From Chrysomallon squamiferum (taxonomy: Eukaryota > Animalia > Mollusca), in assembly GCA_012295275.1 (NCBI GenBank), contig CM022672.1, positions 16,554,001-16,618,000 on the forward strand: 64,000 bases of DNA, given 5' to 3'. Positions 18,114-31,500 of this stretch are shown one piece after another (the first letter of the stretch is position 1; every line of letters starts with the position of its first letter). A program made the position numbers and the translations under genes. A model generated the notes under the pieces. That model saw only the letters and a program-made list of their open reading frames with translations. It searched no databases and was not told the origin of the DNA.

Positions 18114-18480
18114 AAATTTCAAAGAACATTCTGTCAGAAAGGTGTTGCTTTTCTAGGCTTAATAATGATTTGCATCCATATTGTTCTCCCCTACTGGGCC
18201 TCAGATGTTTTTTTTTTCCCTCATTATATTACATTCGCCATGGCAGCAATATAAACTTCCGGCAGTTTTACAATCGAAACGTCAGTACATTAATGTAGAA
18301 TGGCTGTCTTATTTCTACAGTGATATACATGGTTTGTTAAAAGAATCTTATAAACATTAACTAATACAAGACTACTCCTCACTTTAATATGAGCAGGTAC
18401 GTTTGGGCGTAGAAAGTTACCCGATGCTGGTATTCTTTGAAAACGCCAAATAATTGCGGTGGGAGACCATGTGATTATAA
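17000..18480. promoter_or_regulatory. CpG-retaining divergent promoter region between the C10orf143-like/TASP1 unit (-) and TRPM (+)
   Basis: CpG clusters at about 17020-17620 and 18230-18470 contrast with CpG-poor gene bodies on both sides. ETS-like CTTCCGG near 18256; candidate non-coding TRPM exon donor CAG|GTACGT near 18397 and a small AG...GT segment at about 18649-18690. Confidence 0.55.
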
Positions 18481-19317
18481 TTAGTACTATTATTAATCTA
18501 AAAAAAAAAACACAGACACCAGAAAATAAATAAATAAATAAAATAAAATCAACAAATCCCCCACACCACAATACAAGCAGTTAAATATTTTACCTATGTT
18601 TGTTTATCACAATAATCATTATTTTTGTTGTGTTGTCTTATTTTTAGGGACATGCATTGAAGGATTGATGCAGTTTAGTTTAAACTCAAAGTAACTTAAG
18701 TAATTGTTGCCAATTAAAAAAATTAAAAGTGTTGATGATTTACAATACTTTTTGATAATTGTCTGATTATAAATGGTTTTAATATTACAGTGACACAATG
18801 GAACATAGATTATTATTTTTAAAATGTTGATAATCTGTTAATAAATATTTCATAAATATAATACTTATATTAATAATGATTATAGATAATGTTTTCTTAA
18901 TGGAAAATGTAGAAGAACACAGTGTTTAAAATAAAAAAATTAATAATAATGATGATAATAGTACATATAACTGACACTACTACCACCAGCACCATGATTA
19001 CTACAACTGCTACTGCTTTTGGCTGCTACTGTTGCTACTACAGTTATAATCTTTTTTCACAATAAATATTCAGCAAATAGTTTATGTATTAAACAGTTTT
19101 TGAAACAGAATTTTCACAGTGAAATAATCACAGAAATGAAATTTATTTTAAAACTACAACAACATTAAGAAAAAAACCCAAACAATTTCACATTTATATA
19201 TTAATTAAATATAAAAATTTCTTTTGTTTCTGAAAAGCTAGATGGTATTTAGTACAGTGGCATGAGATTATGAAGACCAACCAAATTTTTAAACAAATTA
19301 CATAAACTTGGCTGAAC

Positions 19318-20422
19318 ATGGCAACAGCTGGTAGAAGGATATTTCCGACAGAGGATATGAGTGGGCAGGCCCAGGGATATGGAGGGGTGCTTCAATCACG
19401 CCTATCTGATCTGGATGCCTCACCTAATTACAAAGTACGGTCCTTGACCCTAGAAGAGGCTCGGTATTCGGACATGAGGAAGAGGATAGGTCTGTCAAGG
19501 GTGCCTAAGGAAAGAAATGCTGTGGATGATTATGACAAAGTTAGTATAATTATTCACGCAGTAACTTTCATATTTGAAACAAATTTAAAGTTAGAGTAAT
19601 TTTAATATATGTCTAAGAAAAAGCTGAAATAAATTCTGACGTTTTTAAGAACTAGCTCAAATATGTTTTGATGATTTAATGATTATAGATCAATTTTCTT
19701 AATTTAGCTTAAATTATATTTTCATGTTTTGAAGAACTTGCTGAAATATATATATATTTTTTTTTTGGCGAAGAACTAGTTTGCATTCATTTTGATGTTT
19801 GAAGAATAAGAATAAATACATTTTGATGTATTGAAAATCCAACTAAAATATGTATTGATCTTTTGAAAAAAAAATTTAAAATAAATTTGAATGTTTTGAA
19901 GAACTAGGTAAAAATAAGTTTTGATGTTTTGAACAACTGGCTTAAATACATTTTAATGTTTCCAAAAAAATTATGATCTGGATTCAGATGTGATGAGAAC
20001 CAAAATTATGGAATATTTTAGAGATCCTGTTTAACAAATGTTAGCAGATAATAACTGAACTGAAATTCAGAGAAACTTACATTCTGAGGTCCTAAAAATA
20101 TATATATAAAATAAATAGTTATTTTAAAATGATTTTCTTTCTTTTTATTATTAATAATGTTTTGTTTAATTATTAACAATATGCATGTAATACTGACTAT
20201 TTCTAAATATATATTTTATAAGAAATCATATCAAGAAATACATTTATGCATATATATATAATTTTCTTTCTTTTTTCTTTAGAAAATTGAAGAACTTACA
20301 GTATTTGTTCGAAATCATTTTAAGATGAAAGAATGCAAAAAATTTGTACCTAAAGAAGGTCAGAAAGTAAAGAAGATAAAAGATTTAAAGTGGGTCAATT
20401 TTTTTGTTTTTAAAATAAGTTA

Positions 20423-20465
<43 letters not shown>

Positions 20466-20710
20466 TAATTAATTAATTAATTAATTAATTAATTTATTTA
20501 TTTAACCAGCTGTCACTGAAAGTCTGTAACAAAGTCACCAATTCACTTTAAAAAAAAACCAATATCCTATCCCCCTCAAAAAAAAAAAAAAAAATTATGT
20601 GTAACAATAACATCAAATAAAGCAATTGTACAGAAGTAATAGACTCAGTTTAAAGTTTCACTGTCTTGAGGTTATTTGGTTTTTATCCAAAAAACCCTGA
20701 AAATAAACAA

Positions 20711-20761
<51 letters not shown>

Positions 20762-23700
20762 TATTATTATTATTATTATTATAACTAGATAAAATACAAA
20801 TATATAATAATATTTAAAATTAACTAAATAAAATATAAAATAAAATAAAAAATTATTATTCAGAAATAATTATATATTTACTGTTGGGGGAAAAAAATCT
20901 ATTCAAAACTGCATAAACTGTAAATAGCATATATAACAAATATTATCATTTTGGTTTGCAAACTGTGATAATTAATGAATGTGATATTTTAATTCAAAGT
21001 AACTCAAAACATAAATAACTGTAATATGCTCAATTTATTTGAAAAAAATAATAATTAGTTTTGCACATCAAATAGACATTGTTTTTTACCTTGTATTGTA
21101 GATGTTACTGCGGTGAAGTGCTACGCATGCATGCTGGTGTCAGAGAGGAAAAACAAGATGTTGATGACATAAGAATGCCATTTTTAGTTCCACATGGTAA
21201 TAAACACTTTATATTTCAAAATACAATAACGTGTGGTTTAAAAGAGCATATCATAGCCCATCTTTTTAAATCTTCAAATATTTCTCTTTACTGTTTAAAA
21301 TTTATCTTTCACTGTCAGTGACAACTGATAATAAATTTGTTTATGGATATGTGTATTGTTAGTGTTTTATTATTTCTATTTTTCTTTCTTTCTTTTGTTT
21401 TCGCTATGTACTACTTTGACAATATTAAATAATTTAAAATTATTTCCACCACTTTGAACTTAAACCAAAATTTATTTTTCAGTTTGTATCCAAATGAATA
21501 TAATTTTTATTCTGTAGCTGAATATATGTGAAAAATCTCAAAAACCACAACAAAGAAACAAGAAAACAAAAACAAATTAAAGATAGAAAGAAAGAATGAA
21601 GGAAATTGTACTTGTAATTTTTAATTTTCAAAAACTTTTTTTTATTTCAGTGTAAATTCCAACAGGTTTTAAATAGTTATAATTTTCTTCTTCCTTAACA
21701 ATATTAATCAGTATTATTCAAAACTGAAATGATTAATTCAGATAACTTATTTTAAATGTTTCTATTGTTTCTATTGTTATAACAGAACTGGCCAGTATTG
21801 TTCATAACCAAGATGCTGAGCCTCCAGAGAAGTTGCCAAATGTACCGTGGAATGAACAAGAATGTTTGCAGAAATCAACAACCAATGCTTTTGGAAAAAT
21901 TGCTTTTGATATTGAGCAGATTGGAGGCAGGAAACCTGCAAAGGTATTAACATTTATTATCTTACTATAAATTTTAAAATTGTTTTCAATAGATCTATCA
22001 TTTTTGTAGTTGTAGTAGTAGTTAATATTTTATTATCATGTATCTGAGTGTCTGTGAAGTTTGATCATTTTTGTAGTAGAAGTTAAAATTTTATTTCAGT
22101 ATATTAGAGTATGTGATGAAGACAAGGTAGAGGATGTTATGAAACTGATGGAGCATTACTGGAGAATTATGGAGCCTCATCCACCAAATCTTGTTATATC
22201 TGTGGTTGGTGGTGCCAAGAACTTTAAACTCGAGGGCCGTCTCAGAGATACATTTTCAACAGGTTTGATAAAGGTGAATATCACTTTTAATTTACTTGTT
22301 ACTTTTTAAAATAATTTTTTATTTACTGTTTAATGCTTTTTTATCTCTCTCTCAATTTGATTTGCTTTTATATTCTTTTTTCTTATTTATAATATTTCTT
22401 TTTCATATTTAATTTACTTTTTAATTTAATTTTAAATTTTTTATTTCTAATCTCCTTTCTGAACTATATTTTTTAATTTTTAATTTGCTTTTATATAGTT
22501 CTTTCTTATTTTTAAAATTATTCATTTTCATATCTAATACACTTTCAAATTTCTTTTTTTTTTTCTTTTTTTTCTTATTTTTAATAGGCAATTATATATA
22601 TTTTTCTCATCTTTAATTAATTTCCTTTTTAAAAATTTTTTTTTTTTTTTTTTTTATTCTTACAGGCAGCAAAAACTACCTCAGCCTGGTTGATAAGTTC
22701 TGGGTTTAACATGGGTGTGATGAAAGGAGTGGGTCAGGCAGTGAATGAAGGCCAGGCCTTTCTCTGGGACAATGATAGAATGACTCATTTACTCAGATGT
22801 ATTGGAATTGCTCCATGGGGTTACATCCATGGCAGACACTATCTGGAAAGTCCAGACAAAAAGGTATGGATTAAACTATAAAAGTAGAATCATTGATGTT
22901 TATCTATTATGCACATTGTCTAAAATCAGCTGAATTCTAATTCCAATTTATTGTATCATTTCTTGTACAAGTCAACAATAAAGTACAAGGGCAAAAGAAC
23001 CAGAATGCTTGAATTTTTTATATTTTCCACTTATTTTGTCATGAAAATTTATATATAAAAAATTCAAATTTCTGCTTAAAATTTTTAATTGTAAATGTAG
23101 TTTTTCATTTAAAACTATTAATTTTAATATCCTCTTATCATAGTTTTTTTTCAAAACTTCTAATTCTCACATTTCTTTTCATTTTTACTAAAAAATATTC
23201 ATTTTTAATTTCCTCTTAATAATTTTATTTTTATTTTGAACTTTTGCATTCTAACTGAAATGTGTACATAAATTATTTAATTTTAATTTCCATTTAAAGA
23301 TTAAAAATAAAATTTTCAGGGTAAATTTAATGCTCATTACCGCAGCAGCAACATGATTCTTCATGGCCGACCAGTACCACTCAATCCTGATCATACTCAT
23401 TTCATATTTGTTGATGATGGAAAGCGCAACCGATATGGTGGTGTAGCAGATTTCCGTGCAAAGTTTGAAAAATTCATCTCAACACAAGAAAATGGTTTGT
23501 CACAATAATTGCAGTAAAATTTAATATTTCCAAAGATGAAAAGCAAAATGACTATTTAAAGAAAATAGAGGAAAATCAATTGAAATTTTCTATGTTAGAT
23601 ATTTTCATCTACTTTCCTTTATTTTTGTTTTTTTGAAACAGAAAATTGTTAATCTTCTGTAAATATTACTTAGATATTATTAATTTATCAGTGAGCTTTT

Positions 23701-25478
23701 CTCTATAAAGTTTTCTCACTAGAGTTATACATTAAGACTTAGTAATATGTTGCTTGGAATGTATCCAGGATTAATAGCAGAACTAAAGCAATATTTACTA
23801 ATTGACTCACTTTGAAAATTGAAATAATAGACTTTCCTTAAATACGGTAATGCTTTTGCAGAAGGTGGGAAGGGGATTCCAGTGGTGCTGGTGGTTGTAG
23901 AAGGTGGATATGATGCAATAACTGATGCCAGTCAGTCTCTAAAGGAAGGAATTCCAGTCGTGGTGTGTGCAGGGACTGGGAGAGCTGCAGATATTCTAGC
24001 CTATGCCTACACCCACACATATAAAAACAGAAAGTAAGGTTTTACTTTATTCAAAAAGTTACTGATTTTTACCTTTTTATATATTCCACACAGAAATTTA
24101 AGTTTTAATTTATTCAAAAAGGTATTGATTCTTATCTTTGTATATTATTTTCTCTTATTTTCATTGCACATAAAAAAAAAAAATTAAAAATTAAAAAAAT
24201 TTATTTATAATACATTATGCTTAGCCATAATTATATTAAATTTATTTTAAAAACAATATTAAAAATATTATGTTAAAATTAATCGGTAGGGCTTTGTATG
24301 TAAATAATGAATGGTTAAACATTATATAACAATGATTTTCTGTTTAGTGGAGTCCGAGACATGAAAGAAAGACACAAAGAAAATTTGGCAGGTAAAATCT
24401 GTGACGCCTATCAGAATAGCTTCAAGGATCCAGAGAAAGATCTGCAGACTTACCTTGATGTTGTTCTAAAATGTTGTGAACGTGAAGAACTGGTCAGTTT
24501 TCTTTCTTTCTTTTGTAAATACTGTTTAACATATTTAATTAGATATTGCATAACATAACAGAACAAAAAATCATTTACATGTTAATATGATTAAGGAAAA
24601 GAGAAATGTCATATTTAACAACAACTCAGATCAATTTTTGATGTACAGTTATACATGTGTCAGACATAGTTATATATTTATTTTTATTTTTTTTGCAGAT
24701 TATAATTTTCCACATGAACAAACATGAAGATCTGGATTTGGCCATCTTGTCTGTTCTGTTAAAAGGTAAAATGTTATTTATTATCACAGAGTAGGATTTT
24801 CTTTACCTGACTTTTTTTACTGGAATATATTGAACACAAACACCCACACACATGCACACACATGCACACACACACACACACACACACATGAAAAAAACTA
24901 AAACAAAACAAACAAAACAGATAGATATGAGTGTATGGCAGAATGTAGAGTTGGTCTTATTTTATTATTAACAAAAAAAAAAGGTCTTTGTTTTTGAAAA
25001 ATAAACTTTTCTTTTCAATAGCTAAGAAAAGTGGTCAGACAGGACAAGAACAAAGACTGGGTCAACTTAAACTTGCGTTAACATGGAATAGAGCTGACAT
25101 TGCTCAAGAGGAAATCTTTCGAGAAGATGTCAACTGGGAACCAAGTATGTCATATATATCAGCTGCATTTATAACAGCGATTCAACAATATTAATACTTA
25201 AGTTATATTTCCAGTTTTAACCTCTCTGTTTGAATATCCTCTAAGTTATAATAGAATCTCTAATGTATTATGTCACATTTTCATTTGTTCAATATGTATA
25301 TTGCTTGGTTATTAGCTGCTTTTACCACATAAATATTTTTGCTGTTAGATAACAAAACTCATGCAATGACTTCATTTTGGGTCGTCATACACAGATTATT
25401 ATTAATTATGGTAAGCATGTAATTACATATACATACATACATACATACATACATACATACATACATACATACATACAT

Positions 25479-25536
<58 letters not shown>

Positions 25537-28500
25537 TAACCAAATGAAATTGCGATCCTTTTCTGTACATTAGAAGTTGACTCAGTCTGTATTGACTTTT
25601 GAATGTGCAGGTGACTTGAATGAAGTGTTGACTATGGCTCTGGAACAGGACAAAGTTGATTTTGTGAAGCTTATTCTACAACAGGGTGTTATAATGAAAG
25701 AGTATCTAACAGTGGAAAGTCTTGTACGTCTTTATAATCCTGTAAGTCATAAAAACTGAACATTATTTAATCTTTGTTTTGTTTTTTTGTGTTTTTTTCA
25801 GCATCTAATTTGTTTATTATTATTATTGTTATAATTAATTTGAAGAAGTAATAACAGCAATATTTAGAATCTTTGTTGTTGTAGTACCTGTAGCTGAATA
25901 CTGTTGGTTATGGTAGTTTTGTCATAAAATATGTATCAGTTATTAGTATGGCACTCGAAGATGATTAGTGGAAGAAGTAATGGATCATATATAAGACTTA
26001 GTAAAAATGAAAACGATTTCAGCTCAAACCATTTAACATGGCAAATTCTGTTTTGTTTTTGTTGTTGTTGATTTTTAAAATTATTATTATTATTATTTAT
26101 TTTTCAATAATCCCTTAAAAAAAGAAGAATAATTCAAATTCTTTTTGTTGCAGGCTGAAAAGCATTCATTTCTTCATCTACTTCTTCACCAGAAACTGAG
26201 AAAAGAAAAAATTAATCTCATTGACATTAAGAAATTTCTGACTAAGCTTCTTGATAAATATGACGATGAAATTTCTGATGTGAAAAAGAAAAATGATAAT
26301 GAGATAGAAAGTGAAAATAATCGTGAACAAAAGACCAGCTTTAAAAAACCTTACAAACAGCTTCTTATATGGGCTGTTTTGATGAACAGGTTATTTTTGC
26401 ATTTTCAATTTATTATTATATATTTTTTCTTAATAAAAATGTTTGTTTTATGAATACTATATTATTTTGTTGGTGTTTGATGTGGTTCAGTACTCACCTC
26501 ACTTATTACTGTTTTAGGATCAAACATATCCCATTGGATTATTTCTCATTCCAGACCATGCTCCATTTTTGATGCAACCAAGGATTTAGATTTAGATTTA
26601 GAAACATGTCAGTACTACAATTGTTTTAAGAAAAAATACTCAGTACTATGTATAAAGACATTACATTCATAAATGTTTTGATAAGCAATGTTTAGTAGAA
26701 TGAAGCATGATGAAATATAAGGTATAGAACCAATTTCCATATAGTGAACTTTGTCATAATCCACAAACAAATGGCATCCATAGATAATCATTAAACTTTT
26801 GAGAATAATTAATTCAAAAAGATTAATCCATTAATTCTAAAATTATTGTACATTTGTTGGGCAATCTGTCTTTATAATATTTGAAAATGAGTTATACACA
26901 AAAAAGTTAGCTGAGCACTGATTGATGGAATGACAGAAGCAGATTTCATCCATAATATCATCATCATCATATAAAAATATAATGTTTTGTTATCTAAAAA
27001 TCATTTTAATATAAAAATGTATTGAAGGATTGCCAATCATTGCTTCATTTGTTCCTTTATTGATCAATCAACTGATTGACTGGTTGATTGATTCATTCAT
27101 TCATTTCTGTCTTATATCATTTGTGTTATTTTCAGAGTGCAGATGGCCAAGTTTTTCTGGGAGATGGGTGATGAGTGTATAACAAGTGCTTTAGCTGTCA
27201 CTCGACTGTGTGCTGGCCTTGCTAAAAAACTTCCCAAATACCAAACAACACTGAGAGAGGAATTCTTACAAACAAAGAAGTAAAACATCTGTTCAAAATA
27301 ACTATGGCAATTTTTTTAAATCTTAAATTTTATTTTTTGTATAATGCTAATTTGTTTATTGGTTTATGAGTCATCAACTGGATATGTCTGATGTTAAAAA
27401 CAAATAGTCATCTTGAATCCATTACTTAACATTAAAAATATTGTCTTGTTTTTATTCCATTGCTTTAAATAAAATAAATTAATTTTTTTTTCTGTAATCA
27501 GAAATAAAATACTGATATTATTTTATGGATAACAATAATTTATTTATTTATCATTTTTCTTAAAAATTGCCATTTATATGGATTTTATAAATACTTTTTT
27601 TTGTTGCTCATTATATGTTTTTCAAACATTTTAAACGTTTAAGTAACTAATTTAGGGAGTTTGAACAGCTGGCTATCAAAGTGTTAGATGAATGTCATCA
27701 TGTGGATCCAGACAAAGCTGTGATGCTGGTAGAACGAAAATCACCAACATGGAGTAAAATCAACTGTCTGCAACTGGCAGCTACAGCTAGTGACCAGGTA
27801 CATTCATTGTCTGGATAAGTTTTTATTTACTTCTGAACACATTTCATATCAGATGAATCTGACTGGCAGACAAGAATAGACAAATACAACCTAAAGTGTC
27901 CTTTTTGTATTTTCAAAATCTCCTGTAGTTTCGTAAAAAAAACTATTTATGTAGCTGGCTTCTTAATTATTGAGAAGAAAAAAAAAAAAATCCTTATTTT
28001 TGAATTTAAAAAGAAGAAAATGTTTTCTGATAGCCCTGTTTATATAGAAGGATTTTCATAGTTAATATCTAAAGTTCTGAAGAAAATCAGATTTTCTTAA
28101 CCATATTTACAGTATTCTGCTTGAACTCAAATAATTTATTTTCCTCTGTGTTGTTTAGCTAATTTTAGACATTATAGATGAGAAAATGTTGATTTTAAAT
28201 TAATGTAAATTTATAATTTTTTATATGTAGAGATTCTTGTCATCAGTTGCCTCTCAGAATGCGATCAACAGCACCTGGAAACATGGCATTCTCTCCACCT
28301 GGAAATTTGTAAGTTCAACTTTAAATAGTTCTGGGGCTGTTCTTATTTACTTCTAGTTCTAAATCCAGTTCTAAATCCAGTAGTTCATTTCTAGTTCATA
28401 TATTAAGTGAGTTTTTACTCTTGACTTTCTCAATGCATCATTTAATAACAACAGAAATCTTTTGTTTTTGATATTGGTGTGCAGAACTCTGATATAATGA

Positions 28501-31500
28501 GCAACAGGATCAGTATACAGCTAGTATTCCCATTGGGCCATCTGCCATTCCAGCTATCTTGTTTATTAAAGGATTACAGTCTATAGACACATGTAAAAGA
28601 TTCCTTGATGATAGTCAAATTTATTTATCATATGAGTAGTCCATTTCTTTCTTTTTTTGTAAGTTCTTCAACCATGTATATTTTGCCATGCAAATTATAG
28701 ATTTAAATTGTTTTATGTCTTTTGGTGTTAGAAAGAATTCATAAGTAATTTTTTTTCAAATTCCATAAAACAGTATATTATCTATTTTTATTCCATTAAT
28801 AGTTTAATTTCATTTTCAATGATATTTACACATAATATTGAAAGCCTGCTTCTTAATTGTTTCTTTCTTTTATTCAATATTTTCATTATTTTCTTTTATT
28901 TTCACTTTTATTGTTTATTTTTATTAAAATATTTTTAAAAATTGATCAGTTTATTAATAAATAAATAAATCAATATATTATTAATAAACAGATAAACAAA
29001 TTAATTTTTTTATTATATACATATTTATTTATTTTAATTATCAGGTTCTGTTGTCCACTCTGTTTCCTCCATTAATCTTTGCAATTGATGTCAGCTTACT
29101 GGGATCCAAGAAAATTTCATGTATTCAGAAAATACTGACATTTTACAAAGCTCCCATTACAAAATTTACCTATTACACGGTGAGCAGCATTATTTTATAT
29201 CACTGTTATTTTTAATGCAATTAGCAATAATAATGGTATATACATTTATTTTTTTGCTTAATATTTAATAAATATTTTGTTTTATTCTTGCTCTTCTTCT
29301 ATAAATAAAAAATATTATATGTCTTTATAGATGTATATATGTCATTATGCTTGAAAATCATTATTAGAATAAAAAACGTTGGGGGGCAGCTGTCCAAAGG
29401 GGAATTGTCCTGGGGGCGTTTGTCTGAGGGGCAATTGTCCTAGAATCCTATTTAGTTAATTTAGGATTTGTTACTATTAGTAATTACTCATTAGCAATTT
29501 TATTTATTTAGTTTTAGCAGCTCTGATTCTAATTTAGTTTCATTTGCAGTTCTTAAATCAACTCAATTTCATTTCTAGATAAATTCAATTTCAGTTCATT
29601 TCTGGTTTATTTTTTTGTTCTAGTTTTAGCTCTAATTCTACTAATTTTATTTTATTTATTTACTTACTTACTTATTTATTTCAGATTCTCTATATGATAT
29701 TTTTGGGTCTCTACACTTACATGGTTCTAGTGGACTACAAGCGCACACCTTCATCAGTAGAGTTTGTTTGTATTGTGTGGGTCCTGTCCTTTTTTGTGGG
29801 AGAGATACACACTGTAAGTATCTTCAGTTTTTATTATCCTAATTAATCATTGTACTGGTAAAAAGATACAATAATCAGTTCTCCACAGTTCACAATAGTG
29901 GACTGTTTCTCAGTCAAGATATGATGCCATTTTCTGTCTTCTACATGCTTTTGGGAATGCCCATATAAAACATCAGTGCTAAAATATTTTGATGTCTCAT
30001 AGAATTTGAGAAATGATAATTGGAATTCTCAAGTGAGTATTTTATTTAGACAGTTTAAAATTTTAACTTAACCCTCTTACAAAATAATGATATTATTTTT
30101 TTTATCTATAATTCCTTAATAATGTATTATTATATGTTATAACTTAGTATTGTTATGAAAAATTTATTAGGAGACTTACAACAATATGAACTTAAAACAT
30201 ATCTTTCTTTTCAGTTCCTTGCTTTCCCATATCCCACTGCCTGGGGTAAAATACGAGACTGGTATGGCTTCCTCAATCGTCTTGATTTCGTCAACTTGAT
30301 ATTTGTCTTTATTGGCTTTTTGCTGCGATGGTATCCTCCTTACTTTTTTCATGCCAAAATAATCTACTGCTTGAATGCGATAGTATTTTTCCTGAGAATT
30401 ATGAAACTTTACACAGCCAACAGCAGCCTTGGACCAAAACTCTACATGATCATGAAAATGGTAAGCCATTTACAGCTTTAGAGAGGATCACAAATCCTTC
30501 TTGGTGATCCAGTATGGCTATTTCTTGTCCCAGCAAGTTCCTCACAACATATTTATCAAAGGCCATTGTGTGTACATTAATGTCTTTTTGGCAGTTGAAT
30601 ATAAAAGATCATTTGTTGCTAATTAAAACAGGGTAACCCACCATATGATTGCAGTGGTTTTCAGATTTTTTTATTTATGTAGTTCTTAACTGTATGCCCA
30701 CTGATTTTATAATGTGGTGTTAAATATTTACTTTTCATTTATATATTTTTATTTTTATATTTACAATGTAATTTTCATTTCTTAAATTTAATGAATTTTC
30801 TAATAATAAGAAGAAAAGAAATATCCAAATATGTATGTATGTATATTCATGAATGCATGTGTGTTTTTGTGTGTGTTTGTCTGTATATATATATATATAA
30901 AACTATATAGAGACAGAATTATTTAATCCAGCAGTAACTATTCTCCTTAAAATGTATGTAGATGTTTCACTGACTGTTTCATAAACTGACTAATTAATTA
31001 AGTACTTTTGGTTTATTTCAGTTAGAAGAGTTGATTTCTTTCATTATGGTTCTCGTGATTTTCCTGCTGGCCTATGGAGTGTCCAGTCAGGGTCTTCTGT
31101 ATCCACAGCGCTCTCCCAGCTGGATCATAGTGAGAGACATTCTCTATTATCCATACTGGCAGCTGTATGGAGAACTCTTTCTGGAGGAGATAGAAAGTTA
31201 GTGTTTACATTTAACATTAGTTTACTGTTCCATCAGTTCTTTTATTAAATTAAAATATTAAATTTAATTCAAAAGGAATGCAAATTAAATAACCGTAATT
31301 CCTCTTTTATTCATTTTGTTCACTGACTGAAAAGAATAATCAGTTTGGGGATAAAAGTATCTTGGATTTGAGGATTTGTTTGATTCTGTGATTTAATGAG
31401 ATAGTTTAATATGAATGCAAATTTAAACAAAAAATCCATTTAAGTTTTATATACATACAGCCTTAGACAGTTGCATCTTTTTTTTTTTTTTTTTTAATTT

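Noticed and set aside
17930-18298. ORFs with poly-L/Y/CV/TH/SL runs (also 36030, 46925-47320, 52979, 59399, 60951)
   Set aside because: Translations of microsatellites with no homology or splice support.
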